Shown here: positions 16,589-26,427 of the stretch, piece after piece
How positions within the stretch are numbered: the first letter of the stretch is position 1
Layout: each line of letters opens with the position of its first letter
Origin: Candidatus Pacearchaeota archaeon
GTDB lineage: Archaea > Nanobdellota > Nanobdellia > Pacearchaeales > GW2011-AR1
Length of the DNA: 64,000 nt
Assembly: GCA_027021195.1 (NCBI GenBank)
Contig: JALUUW010000003.1
Span: forward strand, 4,843 to 68,842
Reading direction: 5' to 3'
Translations under genes and position numbers: made by a program
The notes under the pieces: generated by a model
Databases searched by the model: none
The model's input: only the letters and a program-made list of their open reading frames with translations
What the model was told of the DNA's origin: nothing

Positions 16589-18202
16589 ATGCAGGAAAAT
16601 CTCAAAAATTCATCAGGGGAGCAAAGCTTCAAAGAGCAGAGGATAAGGAAGATAACTCATTTGTATTACTCAAGGCCGGACATACAGAAAGCAATTTTTG
16701 AATTCTCCAAAAACAGGGAAATTTCACCAAGATATTTTGAAGGCTTCGGCAAAAGGCCTGACAGCTTCCAGTATAAAGGAGATATATTTGAGCTTGTAAA
16801 AAAAGGAGCGACATCCTTTCATTGCTCAGAGGAATTGTGGCAGGACCCTCTTAAAATAACCACTGGAATGACAGAATCCCAGTCAAATGAGCTAAGAATC
16901 GGCTGGGACTTATTAATTGATATTGACTGCAAGTGGTTTGATTATTCCAAGCTGGCGGCAAAAGCAATAATTGGAGTTTTGAAAGATAATGGAATTAAAA
17001 ATCTGGGATTGAAGTTCTCAGGAAGCAAAGGATGGCACATCTTAATTCCCTGGAAATCTTTTCCAAAAGAAATAAATGGGGTCAGTTCATCAAATCTTTT
17101 TCCAGAGCTTCCAAGAAAAATTATAAATTATATAAGATTCCAGTCAGAAAAAAAACTAAAGGAGATGCTTCCTGAAGATTTTGAGGAGCAGTTTAAAGGA
17201 GTGAATATTAAGAGAGGGATAAAATGCAACAGGTGCAGTGAAATTGCCAGCCAGTATGTTTATGCTGTTTTTTCCTGCAGAAAGTGCGGAAGAAAAGAAT
17301 ACAAAAAATTCCATTCAAAAGGCCAGATGAAAAAATACAGCTGTCCTGAATGCGGGGCTGAATTTAAAATAGAGAGCCAACTTACCTATCATGAGTGCCA
17401 TCAGTGCAGGATAAATTCAAAATATAACCCAGATGATTTCTCGCAAACAATACAGGAGGATTTGTTTGATTTAATGGGGCTGGATATTATTCTGGTTTCT
17501 CCAAGGCACTTGTTCAGGATGCCTTATTCCCTCCACGAGAAAACAGCACTTGCAAGTGTAGTAATTGATGAGCAGGATATTGACGGTTTTCAGTTAAAAG
17601 ATGCCAGCCCTATGAAAATCTCTTCAGAAAAAATAAAAAATTTTTCCCCTGTCTCAGCAGAAGAAGCTGAAGCTGAAGCTCTTGTGAGAGAGGCTCTTGA
17701 CTGGACAAAAGACCTTCAGATTGCAAGAGGGGAAACAGAAGAAAAAATAACGGGAAAATATGCAGAGTACAAGCCGGTTAAGCTTGACAATCTTTCAGAG
17801 CAGAATTTTCCGCCATGCATAAAAAATATTCTAAAAGGAATTTCAGACGGAAAAAAGAGGGCTTTGTTTGCTTTAATAAATCTTTTCAGAAGCGTAGGAA
17901 TGGACAAGGAAAAAATGGAGAATGAAATTTATGAGTGGAACAAAAAAAACAATCCGCCGTTAAAAGAAGGGTATATTAAATCCCAGCTTTCATGGGCTTA
18001 CAGAAAAAAGCCAATAATGCCCCCTAACTGCAAGGAATTTTATCAGGGAATTGCAGCATGCCAGCCAGATGATTTGTGCCTCAACAAAGGAATAAAGAAT
18101 CCAGTTAATTATGTTGTAAGAAGAAGCATTTCAAAAAGAAAAGGGCATAGAAAGTCCAGGACAAATGGAAACAGTAAGGATAATTTTAAAAAGAAGAATT
18201 GA
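16589..18202 (+). CDS. priS: DNA primase catalytic subunit PriS fused to a PriL-CTD-like Fe-S domain, with an inserted Zn-ribbon
   Basis: AEP motifs LLIDIDCK and FSGSKGWHIL. A CxxC...CxxC insert (CNRCSE...CRKCG, CPECG...CHQC). The C-terminal segment has four Cys (FPPC...PPNC...AAC...DLC) resembling the PriL Fe-S domain. Confidence 0.65.
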   Translation: MQENLKNSSGEQSFKEQRIRKITHLYYSRPDIQKAIFEFSKNREISPRYFEGFGKRPDSFQYKGDIFELVKKGATSFHCSEELWQDPLKITTGMTESQSNELRIGWDLLIDIDCKWFDYSKLAAKAIIGVLKDNGIKNLGLKFSGSKGWHILIPWKSFPKEINGVSSSNLFPELPRKIINYIRFQSEKKLKEMLPEDFEEQFKGVNIKRGIKCNRCSEIASQYVYAVFSCRKCGRKEYKKFHSKGQMKKYSCPECGAEFKIESQLTYHECHQCRINSKYNPDDFSQTIQEDLFDLMGLDIILVSPRHLFRMPYSLHEKTALASVVIDEQDIDGFQLKDASPMKISSEKIKNFSPVSAEEAEAEALVREALDWTKDLQIARGETEEKITGKYAEYKPVKLDNLSEQNFPPCIKNILKGISDGKKRALFALINLFRSVGMDKEKMENEIYEWNKKNNPPLKEGYIKSQLSWAYRKKPIMPPNCKEFYQGIAACQPDDLCLNKGIKNPVNYVVRRSISKRKGHRKSRTNGNSKDNFKKKN

Positions 18203-20064
18203 CTCTATCAGACATGGGAAAAAGAGTTCAAGCGTCATGTCTTTTAGTGATATCTCTGCTTTTTGTAATTCTATCAGCATCTTTTATGGCTGCAGAAGGC
18301 AACTCAACAAGTTCTGATGCGGACAAAATCAATAAAGCATATGGGTGTCTTGAAGATAAAGTAAAGGGAAAATGCCCCTCTCTTTCTCTGGAAGAGAGAA
18401 TTTTCTCTCTATTAGCTATAGGAGAGTGTAAAGAAGAGCTTCTTTCTAATTCAAAAGACGAGGAGTGCTGGCCAAAATCTGATTGCAAGGTTAAGCCTAC
18501 AGCTCAGGCTATTCTGGCCCTTAACGGAGCAAACAAAGATACAAGCAGGGCAGAAGAGTGGCTTTTATCTCAGAATTCCACTCCTTCTGAAATTGACTGG
18601 TTTCTGCAGATTGAAAGCGCAGAAGCCACAACATGTAATGTGGATTACTCAGGAAATTCTTATCAAGTATCTATTGACGCTGAAAAAAAACTGAGCTCTA
18701 ATGCAGGAAGTTGCCTCAGTCTTTATGGAGGGGATTACTGGTTTAGAATCTCTCCTTCATGCTATGATAACGAATTCGCAATTTCATGCGACAAGCCTTT
18801 TCTTACAACGCTTTTGTTTAAGAAAAAAACCTCTTCAACAATTCATGTCTCTCAAAAAACAAACTCTGCTGCATCAGAAGGGACAACAATAGAGAAGGTT
18901 GGCTCTCTTTGCTTTTCAAAAGGAGGCTCCTGTGATTATGAGGGGAGCTTATGGGCTGCTTTGGCACTAAACTCACTGGGTAAAGATGTTTCATCATTTA
19001 TGCCTTACCTTATAACAATGGCTGATGAGAATGGCAAGTATCTTCCGGAGTCTTTTTCCTATATTCTGACAGGATATGAGGATTTTCGCAATGAATTGCT
19101 CTTAAAACAAAAAAGCAACAAGTACTGGATGGAATCAGGGGACAAGTTTTATGATACTGCTCTTGCATTGTATCCGTTGCAGTATGAAACTCCTGAAGAA
19201 AAGACAAATGCAGTAAACTGGCTTTTGGAATCCCAGGACAATGAAGGGTGCTGGGAAGGCAACATAAGAAATACTGCTTTTATTCTTTATTCTGTCTGGC
19301 CAAAAGACTTTGCTGTTGATGAGGAGGATGAAAGAGTTGATTGCGAGAGTGCAGGATATTATTGCATGTCTGAGATAAACTGTGAAGGAGAGGTTCTTCC
19401 GGACTATTCCTGCTCAGGAGTTTTTAAGTGCTGCGACACCCCTATCCCTCTGGAAACCTGTGAAGAAATGGGCGGACAGGTCTGCAACTCAAATCAGGCA
19501 TGCGTTGAAGGAAGAGTTGAAGACTCTCCAGACCTTGATTTTGGAGAGGCTTGCTGCCTGGGTGGCTTTTGCGAAGACTCTGCCCCCGTTGAAGAAGAAG
19601 TGTCAGAATGCGAGTCATACGGAGGGGTGTGCAGAACAAACGGGTGTTTTGATGATGAAGAGGAATCTTCCTATTCCTGTGACTTCACTACTGACTCCTG
19701 CTGCACTGTAAAAATTTCTCCTAAAAAAAGCTATTGGTATGTCTGGGTGCTGTTGTTTTTAATAGGGCTTGTAGCTATTGGCATAGTTTTCAGGGATAAA
19801 TTGAGGCCTTATTGGTTTAGGCTGAAGTCAAAGTTTAAAGGCAAAGGCTCTGGAACTGGAAGCCCTGCTCCAAGAAGGCCAGGGTTCCCTCCTCCGTCTT
19901 CAAGAATTCCTTTAAGAAGGAGAATTATGCCAAGAAGAATAATTCCTCCGCAGCAGACTCCTCAAAATATTCCAAGACAATTTCGCCCTTCTGTTCAAAA
20001 GAAACAAAAATCAAGCAAGGAGCTTGATGAAGTTCTTAAAAAGCTCAGGGAAATGGGAAATTGA
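18199..20064 (+). CDS. Secreted Cys-rich surface protein (621 aa) with a C-terminal TM anchor and a Pro/Arg-rich cytoplasmic tail
   Basis: N-terminal signal-like helix. Three C-terminal copies of a C-x6-8-C-x5-C...CC module. TM YWYVWVLLFLIGLVAIGIVF followed by PRRPGFPPPSSRIPLRRRIMPRRIIPPQQ. Confidence 0.55.
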   Translation: MTLSDMGKRVQASCLLVISLLFVILSASFMAAEGNSTSSDADKINKAYGCLEDKVKGKCPSLSLEERIFSLLAIGECKEELLSNSKDEECWPKSDCKVKPTAQAILALNGANKDTSRAEEWLLSQNSTPSEIDWFLQIESAEATTCNVDYSGNSYQVSIDAEKKLSSNAGSCLSLYGGDYWFRISPSCYDNEFAISCDKPFLTTLLFKKKTSSTIHVSQKTNSAASEGTTIEKVGSLCFSKGGSCDYEGSLWAALALNSLGKDVSSFMPYLITMADENGKYLPESFSYILTGYEDFRNELLLKQKSNKYWMESGDKFYDTALALYPLQYETPEEKTNAVNWLLESQDNEGCWEGNIRNTAFILYSVWPKDFAVDEEDERVDCESAGYYCMSEINCEGEVLPDYSCSGVFKCCDTPIPLETCEEMGGQVCNSNQACVEGRVEDSPDLDFGEACCLGGFCEDSAPVEEEVSECESYGGVCRTNGCFDDEEESSYSCDFTTDSCCTVKISPKKSYWYVWVLLFLIGLVAIGIVFRDKLRPYWFRLKSKFKGKGSGTGSPAPRRPGFPPPSSRIPLRRRIMPRRIIPPQQTPQNIPRQFRPSVQKKQKSSKELDEVLKKLREMGN

Positions 20065-20443
20065 TGGGGTATATAACAAGATAAGGATGATTGCGGGCTT
20101 TATGATAAAGCAAAAATTTTCCAGATAATGCAAATACTCTGCAATTATATTTAGAAACAATGAAAAGATTTGGCGAGGAGATGATGTTTTTCGCAACATA
20201 GGTATTGGAACTGTTTGCTCTTCTTGTGGAAATCATTATGAATTTGATTTTTACCATGATAAGAAGATGTTAGAAAGACTTGCTGAAGGTCCGGAACAAG
20301 AATTGCGTTGAATGTTTTGTTCAGGATGGCTCTATCCGCTTAGCTATGAGGAAGGGTATCTGCCTATATCACTGACAGAATTATGCATTCGTGTTCTTTC
20401 TAAATAAAAAAACTTTATTAACCATATATTTCTTTACATACTT

Positions 20444-21775
20444 ATGAAAAAAAGCATAATTATTCTTGCAGTTTTATTACTGGCAATTCAATTTGCCTCA
20501 GCAGTTGAGTTTGACATGAAATCAGAATTCAGTCAGGGAGAAACAATTATTGCCAGAGTTTCTGGAAATTTCATAGACCCTGTTCTCAGGGAAAACATAC
20601 ATTTTTACAGGGGCAATGTGCCGACTTCAATAATCTATGATGTTGCAAGAATAAGCGGAGAGTTTTACATTTATGCTATTCTCTCTGGAAAAAAAGAGGG
20701 AAATTATTCAATAGTGATAGAGAATGCAAAATACATGAAAGGCTCTCAGGTAGTTGAAGATGCAATAACAAAAAACTTCTCAATAACCAACAGTACAGCA
20801 GATTTTTCAGTAGATCCCGGGTTTATTATAACAAAAGGGAAATTTTTTGTGCAGGTTCAGAATCTGAAGGATTATAAAATAAATGTCAATGCAAAAATAC
20901 TTGCAGATTCAGGAAACAATGGCGGAGGGCTTTTTGATTCTTTGTTTGGAAACAATGGTGAAACAAATGTTTATGAGAAATCAGTTGCTCTGAAATCTGG
21001 CGAGATTAAAAAGATTGATTTTGAATTGGCAAATCTAACTGGCTCAGAACTGACAACTCTTGAAGTAAGCAGTGAAAATCTAAAATACAGCATCCCTCTT
21101 TATATTATAACGAATATGACTGGCGAGGAAGGGGAAAAAGAAAAGGGGATTAAACTTAAATTTGATCCTTCTGAATTAAATGTATCAATCCCTACTTCTT
21201 CAAACACTACAAGAATCATCTATCTGCGAAATTCCGGAGAAGTGGCAATAGAGAATATTTCTTTATCAGTGTCTGATTCCCTGAAGGATTATCTTTCTCT
21301 TTCAGCATATGATATTAATGGGCTTGAGGGGAACTCAAGTGTAAAAATAGAGGTTTATCTTTCTTCAGGAGATATAGAAAGAACTTTTGAAGGGCAGATA
21401 ACTGCAAAAGCTCCTTCAGCAGCTGAAGGAAATGACGTCTATGCTTATGCTGCTGTTTTTTTGAATTTTGTAAAAGGGTTTAAGCCTTTGGACAATGAAA
21501 CAGGAGAGATAAACTATGGAAAAGAAAATACCTGTTCGGAAATGAATGGTGAAATCTGCGCTGAAAATATGGAGTGTTACGGAGACCTAAAATATGCTTT
21601 AGATGGTGTTTGTTGTTTGGGAAGCTGCAGGGAGCTTAAGGAGAGCCCTACAGGAAAAATAATCGGATGGTTAATAATAGTTCTTGTTGCAGTCTTCCTT
21701 ATATGGTTTTTCCGGTTTAAATACAAGGAGGCAAAAAAAGAAGTAAATCTTTTGAAAATTGCCAAGAGAAAGTGA
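20444..21775 (+). CDS. Secreted protein (443 aa) with a signal peptide, one Cys-rich module and a C-terminal TM anchor
   Basis: Signal peptide MKKSIIILAVLLLAIQFASA. CSEMNGEICAENMECYGD...GVCCLGSC module similar to those in 18199..20064. C-terminal TM IIGWLIIVLVAVFLIWFF. Confidence 0.55.
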   Translation: MKKSIIILAVLLLAIQFASAVEFDMKSEFSQGETIIARVSGNFIDPVLRENIHFYRGNVPTSIIYDVARISGEFYIYAILSGKKEGNYSIVIENAKYMKGSQVVEDAITKNFSITNSTADFSVDPGFIITKGKFFVQVQNLKDYKINVNAKILADSGNNGGGLFDSLFGNNGETNVYEKSVALKSGEIKKIDFELANLTGSELTTLEVSSENLKYSIPLYIITNMTGEEGEKEKGIKLKFDPSELNVSIPTSSNTTRIIYLRNSGEVAIENISLSVSDSLKDYLSLSAYDINGLEGNSSVKIEVYLSSGDIERTFEGQITAKAPSAAEGNDVYAYAAVFLNFVKGFKPLDNETGEINYGKENTCSEMNGEICAENMECYGDLKYALDGVCCLGSCRELKESPTGKIIGWLIIVLVAVFLIWFFRFKYKEAKKEVNLLKIAKRK

Positions 21776-21778
21776 TTT

Positions 21779-22315
21779 TTACCTCCCTCCTTTTTTCCTT
21801 ACACCTTTCTTCTTTTTGGATTTTTTCTTTGTATTTTCAGCTTTCTTTTCTGAGGCTGTTTTTTTATCTCCAATAACTTCCCTCAGTTTTTTCTCAAGAA
21901 TGTTTCTTTCTACCTGCATTACTCTTGCAATTTCATCATATCCGTGGAGCCTTCTTGTAAGTTCATTAAGAATATCATTCCACCCGTTGTTTGTAAGCGC
22001 AATTAGCTCAGGGGATACAATTTCAATGTGGGCTGGCATATACTTGAAAAGAATTATTGCAAGGTTTAGTATGTCTTCAACCTCAATCTCAACTTCTGCA
22101 AAATTAGTATAAAATTCTTTTTGATCTTTCATTAATTTTGGCTCGTTTATCTTTTTGCTCACAACACTGACCCCTTTTTCACCATCAATCTGGCTTATAA
22201 TGTTGTTCAGCGTCTCAGTAAGATGTTCCGGAGGCCTTCCAATAACTTCGATTATAATTGCTGCTGTAATTCCTTTTGTTTCATACTTTTCTCTTTCTTC
22301 TTTACTCAAACCCAT
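21779..22315 (-). CDS. Hypothetical protein (178 aa) with a Lys-rich C-terminal tail
   Basis: ORF-track ORF. No motif recognised. Confidence 0.35.
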   Translation of the reverse strand: MGLSKEEREKYETKGITAAIIIEVIGRPPEHLTETLNNIISQIDGEKGVSVVSKKINEPKLMKDQKEFYTNFAEVEIEVEDILNLAIILFKYMPAHIEIVSPELIALTNNGWNDILNELTRRLHGYDEIARVMQVERNILEKKLREVIGDKKTASEKKAENTKKKSKKKKGVRKKGGR

Positions 22316-23048
22316 TTTTTCTAAATTCCTTGTCTTTCATTTTCAATGCAAACAAGACTGCAAGCAAAATACAGAAGGCTATAAGGCCGTAAATTCCATA
22401 TCTGCCTTTTCTCAAACCTTCGTTGGAATCTCTGGTTTTTATACTTTTGGTATTAAGTTTTATCACTTCTGGAGAGTCGGAAGAGATTTTTTCCAGAGAG
22501 TCTTTTTTTGTCTCGCTGGTTTTTGTTTCTTCACGAATTTCAGGCAAGGGGCTTCTTTTTTTATTCTCATCCTCATTCTTTTGAGTGCCTCTTTTTTCCC
22601 TGCCTTCTTCTTTTGCTGTTCCGGCATCTTTTTCACATTCATTTTCTCTTCCTTTTGTTTCCTCTGAAAACCCCCATTCTTCATTGCAGAACCGCCATGT
22701 TAATGCGCTATTTTCAGAATCTTCAAGTAAATCAGTTTCATCAATAATGCTGTTTCCTTTGTATAAAAAGACTTTCTCATCAGAGTTGTCAAGCCATTGC
22801 TTGCTGAAGCCATAAACATAGTATCCTGAAAAAACACTGCCTGAATTAAACAATATCTCATCTCCGTCATTATTCAAAAGCCTGTACCCGCCGAGGTCAA
22901 CTTCTTCTTCACTGTAAAGCTCAATCCATTCATTGCCTGCATCTTTTCCAGGAGGATTTAACTCAACCTCTGTTATTCTGATAGCTGAGGCAAGAGAGGT
23001 AATTATTAATGCAATAATTATCGCAAAGAAGAGTTTTCTTCCAGCCAT
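22302..23048 (-). CDS. Lamin-tail-domain (LTD)-like secreted protein with a C-terminal TM anchor
   Basis: Signal peptide, then IRITEVELNPPGKDAGNEWIELYS (LTD-type NPPG motif). C-terminal hydrophobic helix. Confidence 0.55.
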   Translation of the reverse strand: MAGRKLFFAIIIALIITSLASAIRITEVELNPPGKDAGNEWIELYSEEEVDLGGYRLLNNDGDEILFNSGSVFSGYYVYGFSKQWLDNSDEKVFLYKGNSIIDETDLLEDSENSALTWRFCNEEWGFSEETKGRENECEKDAGTAKEEGREKRGTQKNEDENKKRSPLPEIREETKTSETKKDSLEKISSDSPEVIKLNTKSIKTRDSNEGLRKGRYGIYGLIAFCILLAVLFALKMKDKEFRKNGFE

Positions 23049-23098
23049 TAAAATAAGAGCTAAAAGATTGTTTTAAATTTTATTGCATTCAGCCACAC

Positions 23099-23497
23099 TT
23101 AACAGAAAAACTGCGCAAACTTCTTTCCTTTTTTTCTCGCATCCTCAAGGCTAATGACAAAATTTTTCCCAGAGTCTCTCAGGCTTTTAGGATGGATAAA
23201 CAGCCATCCCTCTCTGTTGAATCTTAAGGCTATTACTGGCTTTAGCTTGAAAATTTCAGAGAATACTATGAAGTTGCTTATCTGTTCCTTGGATATATAC
23301 TTGACAGGCTTTTTGCTTGATTTCACCTCTATACAGTATTTTTTCCCTTTTTTTCCTGCAATTAAATCGCAGTCAGCATTCTCCATTGCTCCTGATCCTG
23401 CAACTCTGACAGCCCTGTAATTATTATCAATAAACATCTGAAACAGTTCGCGTTCAGCCTTGCTTCCCTTGGATTTGTTTTTTGGCATTTTTATCAC
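23099..23497 (-). CDS. hjc: Holliday junction resolvase Hjc
   Basis: KGSKAERELFQMF...RVAGSGAMENADCDLIAGKKGKKYCIEVKSS matches the Hjc catalytic core (ERE...SG...D...E.K). Confidence 0.7.
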   Translation of the reverse strand: MIKMPKNKSKGSKAERELFQMFIDNNYRAVRVAGSGAMENADCDLIAGKKGKKYCIEVKSSKKPVKYISKEQISNFIVFSEIFKLKPVIALRFNREGWLFIHPKSLRDSGKNFVISLEDARKKGKKFAQFFC

Positions 23498-23567
23498 CTC
23501 ACATAAAATTAATAAGAAAAAAAGTTTTTAAAATTTCTCTAAACAAAAGCCAATAAGCCTTGTTTTA

Positions 23568-23753
23568 TCATAAATCCCTTGCCTGCAATGTTCTGCGGCC
23601 ATTTGCCTTTGCCCTTTTTATTGCCTCTACCAAAATCTCCTCAACTTTTCTTTCCAAAGCTGTTTCAACTTCATCAGCAACACTTGAAACCGCATTTTCC
23701 TTGTCAAGCTCTTTTACAGCTTTTCTTATATTGCTTTTTACAATTAATGCCAT
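23568..23753 (-). CDS. Small histone-fold-like DNA-binding protein (61 aa)
   Basis: C-terminal AIKRAKANGRRTLQARDL resembles the histone-fold helix-3 region (HAGRKTV.AEDI). Confidence 0.4.
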   Translation of the reverse strand: MALIVKSNIRKAVKELDKENAVSSVADEVETALERKVEEILVEAIKRAKANGRRTLQARDL

Positions 23754-23874
23754 TTTTTCAGTTTCTTTTTTTAGTGCAACACAATTTATTTGATTTAATC
23801 AAAGTTTCTATTTCAACAATGCTTAGCTTTTTATAATTTTCTTTATCAAAAGACTTCTTTTTTTAATTCACTTT

Positions 23875-25359
23875 TTACTTCTTTTCTCTTCCTTCTTCAG
23901 GCTTCATCAAAGGAAATATGACGCACTCTCTTATAGGCCTTCCCATTAAAAATGAAAACAATCTTTCTGATACTCCAAATCCGCATGTTGGAGGCATCCC
24001 GTATTTCAGGGCTTCAACAAAGTCTATGTCATGTTCATGAGCTTCTTCATATCCTTTATTCTTCATCTCCATTTGTTTTTTGAATCTTTGCTCCTGGTCA
24101 AAAGGATCGTTCAATTCACTGTATCCGTTTCCCATTTCTGTTCCTGCAAGAATAACCTGAAACTGCTCTACCTTTTTTGAGTCTTCTGCTTTTCTTTTTG
24201 CCAGAGGAGAGACCTCAACAGGCTGGTTAATCAAAAACCCCGGCCCTGAGATTTTCTTTCTGCAGTACTTCCATAGGCTGTCAACAAGGCTCCATTTCTC
24301 CCCGTCTTTTGTATGTTCTACGCCAAGCTCTTTTAGCTTTTTTTCAATATCTCTTTTGGTTGCAGAATAAATATCAATTCCTGTATATTTTTTTATTGTC
24401 TTTTCATAATCATAGATTTCCCATTTTTTTCCCAAGTCAACTTTATGCCCATGAGCCTCGAACTTTAAACTTCCGAGAGTTTCCTTTGCAACCTTTTGGT
24501 ACATTTCCTGAACAAGCTTCATTCCGTCTTCATAATTTGCATATGCCCAGTAGAATTCCATTTGAGTGTAGTCCTGAAGATGCTCTGCATCCATTCCTTC
24601 ATTTCTGAACTGCCTTCCTATTTCAAATGTTTTTTCATACCCTGCGACCATCAGCCTTTTTTGCCACAACTCCCCCATAGAAATTCTAAGATAGACATCC
24701 ATATTAAGAGCATTATGATGTGTTTTAAAAGGTGTTGCTGCAGCGCCTCCCGCGCTTATTTCTAAAACAGGAGTTTCCACCTCCAGAAACCCTTTTTCTA
24801 AAAGAAAATCTCTTATGGTTTTCCAGAACCTTGCCTTTTTTATAAAGAGCTCTTTTACTTCAGGATTCATAAGAATGTCAAGATATCTCTTTCTCAGCCT
24901 TTCCTCTTCATCCCTGAGGCCGTGCCATTTCTCAGGAAGCGGAAGGACAGACTTGCTCAGGAGTTCCAGTTTTTTAACTATGATAGAAAGCTCCCCTCTT
25001 TTTGTTCTCATAATGATTCCTTCCACTCCTACAAAATCTCCTGCATCAATATATCTCTTAAACAGTTCAAATGTATCCTTTGGAGTTTCCTTATCCTGCA
25101 GAACAATCTGTATCCTCCCGGATGAATCCTGCAGAGAGGCAAAAGAGATTTTCCCCAAATCACGTTTAACCATAATCCTTCCTGCTGTTTTTACCCTGTC
25201 CTTTGTCTTTGAATCATTCTTCAGTTTTTTATGCTTCTCCTGCAATTCTGCAAAACACTGTTTTTTCTCAAACCTGTTTGGGTAAGGATTAATTCCTTTC
25301 TTTTTGAGCTCAGAAAGCTTTCTTATTCTTTCACTTATTATTTGCTCTTCACGTCCCAT
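23875..25359 (-). CDS. lysS: Lysyl-tRNA synthetase, class II
   Basis: N-terminal OB anticodon-binding region, class II motifs 1–3 (e.g. FLEVETPVL, GGAAATPF, GFGVSERL). 494 aa. Confidence 0.9.
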   Translation of the reverse strand: MGREEQIISERIRKLSELKKKGINPYPNRFEKKQCFAELQEKHKKLKNDSKTKDRVKTAGRIMVKRDLGKISFASLQDSSGRIQIVLQDKETPKDTFELFKRYIDAGDFVGVEGIIMRTKRGELSIIVKKLELLSKSVLPLPEKWHGLRDEEERLRKRYLDILMNPEVKELFIKKARFWKTIRDFLLEKGFLEVETPVLEISAGGAAATPFKTHHNALNMDVYLRISMGELWQKRLMVAGYEKTFEIGRQFRNEGMDAEHLQDYTQMEFYWAYANYEDGMKLVQEMYQKVAKETLGSLKFEAHGHKVDLGKKWEIYDYEKTIKKYTGIDIYSATKRDIEKKLKELGVEHTKDGEKWSLVDSLWKYCRKKISGPGFLINQPVEVSPLAKRKAEDSKKVEQFQVILAGTEMGNGYSELNDPFDQEQRFKKQMEMKNKGYEEAHEHDIDFVEALKYGMPPTCGFGVSERLFSFLMGRPIRECVIFPLMKPEEGREKK

Positions 25360-25381
25360 GTCCTCTAAAAATAAATCTTGT

Positions 25382-25921
25382 TTAAATATGTTTTTGAAGC
25401 TCTTTTAAAGCAACCTTCAGCCAATAAGAATAATTGCCGGGGTTTTCTTTAATGTCTTTTTTTAATTCTTTCATAGAAATCCATTTGTAATCTTTAACTT
25501 CAATAGGATTCGGAGATATCTTCTGGCTTTCATTGATTTTTCCTATAAAAACACAGTCATATTCATGCTCAATCAGCCCGTTGTCAAACTCTGTTTTATA
25601 AGTAAAACAGAATAATCTTTTAAGTTTGCAGCTAAATCCCATCTCTTCAATAAGTCTTCTATTGGCTGCATCATAATCGCTTTCACCAGGCCTTGGATGG
25701 CTGCAGCAGGTGTTTGACCAAAGCCCGCCTGAATGGTATTTTGCTTTTGCCCTTTTCTGCAGCAGCAGCTCATCCTTTGAATTAAAAACAAAAATTGAAA
25801 AAGCCCTGTGAAGCTTCCCTTCCTTATGAGCCTTTATTTTTTCCTCTTCCCCGATTTTCCTGTTGTTTTCATCAACAAGTATTACTTTTTCTTTAGCTTG
25901 ATTTTTCATTGTTTTTTCCAT
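25382..25921 (-). CDS. idi: Isopentenyl-diphosphate delta-isomerase type 1 (Nudix fold)
   Basis: LHRAFSIFVFNSKDELLLQKRAKAK..GLWSNTCCSHP and a downstream E..E Nudix-like segment. Confidence 0.6.
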   Translation of the reverse strand: MEKTMKNQAKEKVILVDENNRKIGEEEKIKAHKEGKLHRAFSIFVFNSKDELLLQKRAKAKYHSGGLWSNTCCSHPRPGESDYDAANRRLIEEMGFSCKLKRLFCFTYKTEFDNGLIEHEYDCVFIGKINESQKISPNPIEVKDYKWISMKELKKDIKENPGNYSYWLKVALKELQKHI

Positions 25922-25968
25922 TATCCATCAATGATAATTCTTTTGTTTCGCAGCTATTAAAAATTGTT

Positions 25969-26394
25969 TCATTTTTTCCAGTACCTTTTAAATCCGTGGC
26001 TGTCCAGCTCTTTGTTTAAAAGCTCATCAGCCATCTGCTGGAATTTGTCCCATCTGCTTACATGCTTGTAGGCTATTTCTTTAAAGTTCTCCTGAAGCTT
26101 CTGGACTTTTAGAAATAATGGAAGCAATTTTGGGTCTCTGACTCTGTACTCTCCTAAAAGCTGCTTGACTATTAATTCTGAATCCAAAAAACACATTACC
26201 TTTTCCCTAGTATGCTTTGAAGCGAGCTGCAATGCTTTAATTAATGCCTCATATTCAGCCATATTGTTTGTGACTCTTCTTCCTATAAACTGGCTGTATC
26301 TGGTAAGTATCTCTTCATCTCTTCTTACTATAACTCCTATTGCACCAGGCCCTGGATTGCCTCTTGCCCCTCCGTCTGAATTTGTGTATATCAT
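25969..26394 (-). CDS. rnhA: Ribonuclease HI-like protein
   Basis: DGGARGNPGPGAIG (DEDD first Asp region), TNNMAEYEALIKAL. Confidence 0.6.
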   Translation of the reverse strand: MIYTNSDGGARGNPGPGAIGVIVRRDEEILTRYSQFIGRRVTNNMAEYEALIKALQLASKHTREKVMCFLDSELIVKQLLGEYRVRDPKLLPLFLKVQKLQENFKEIAYKHVSRWDKFQQMADELLNKELDSHGFKRYWKK

Positions 26395-26427
26395 TTTATT
26401 TTTGCCATATATTTGGTTTTATCTGAT

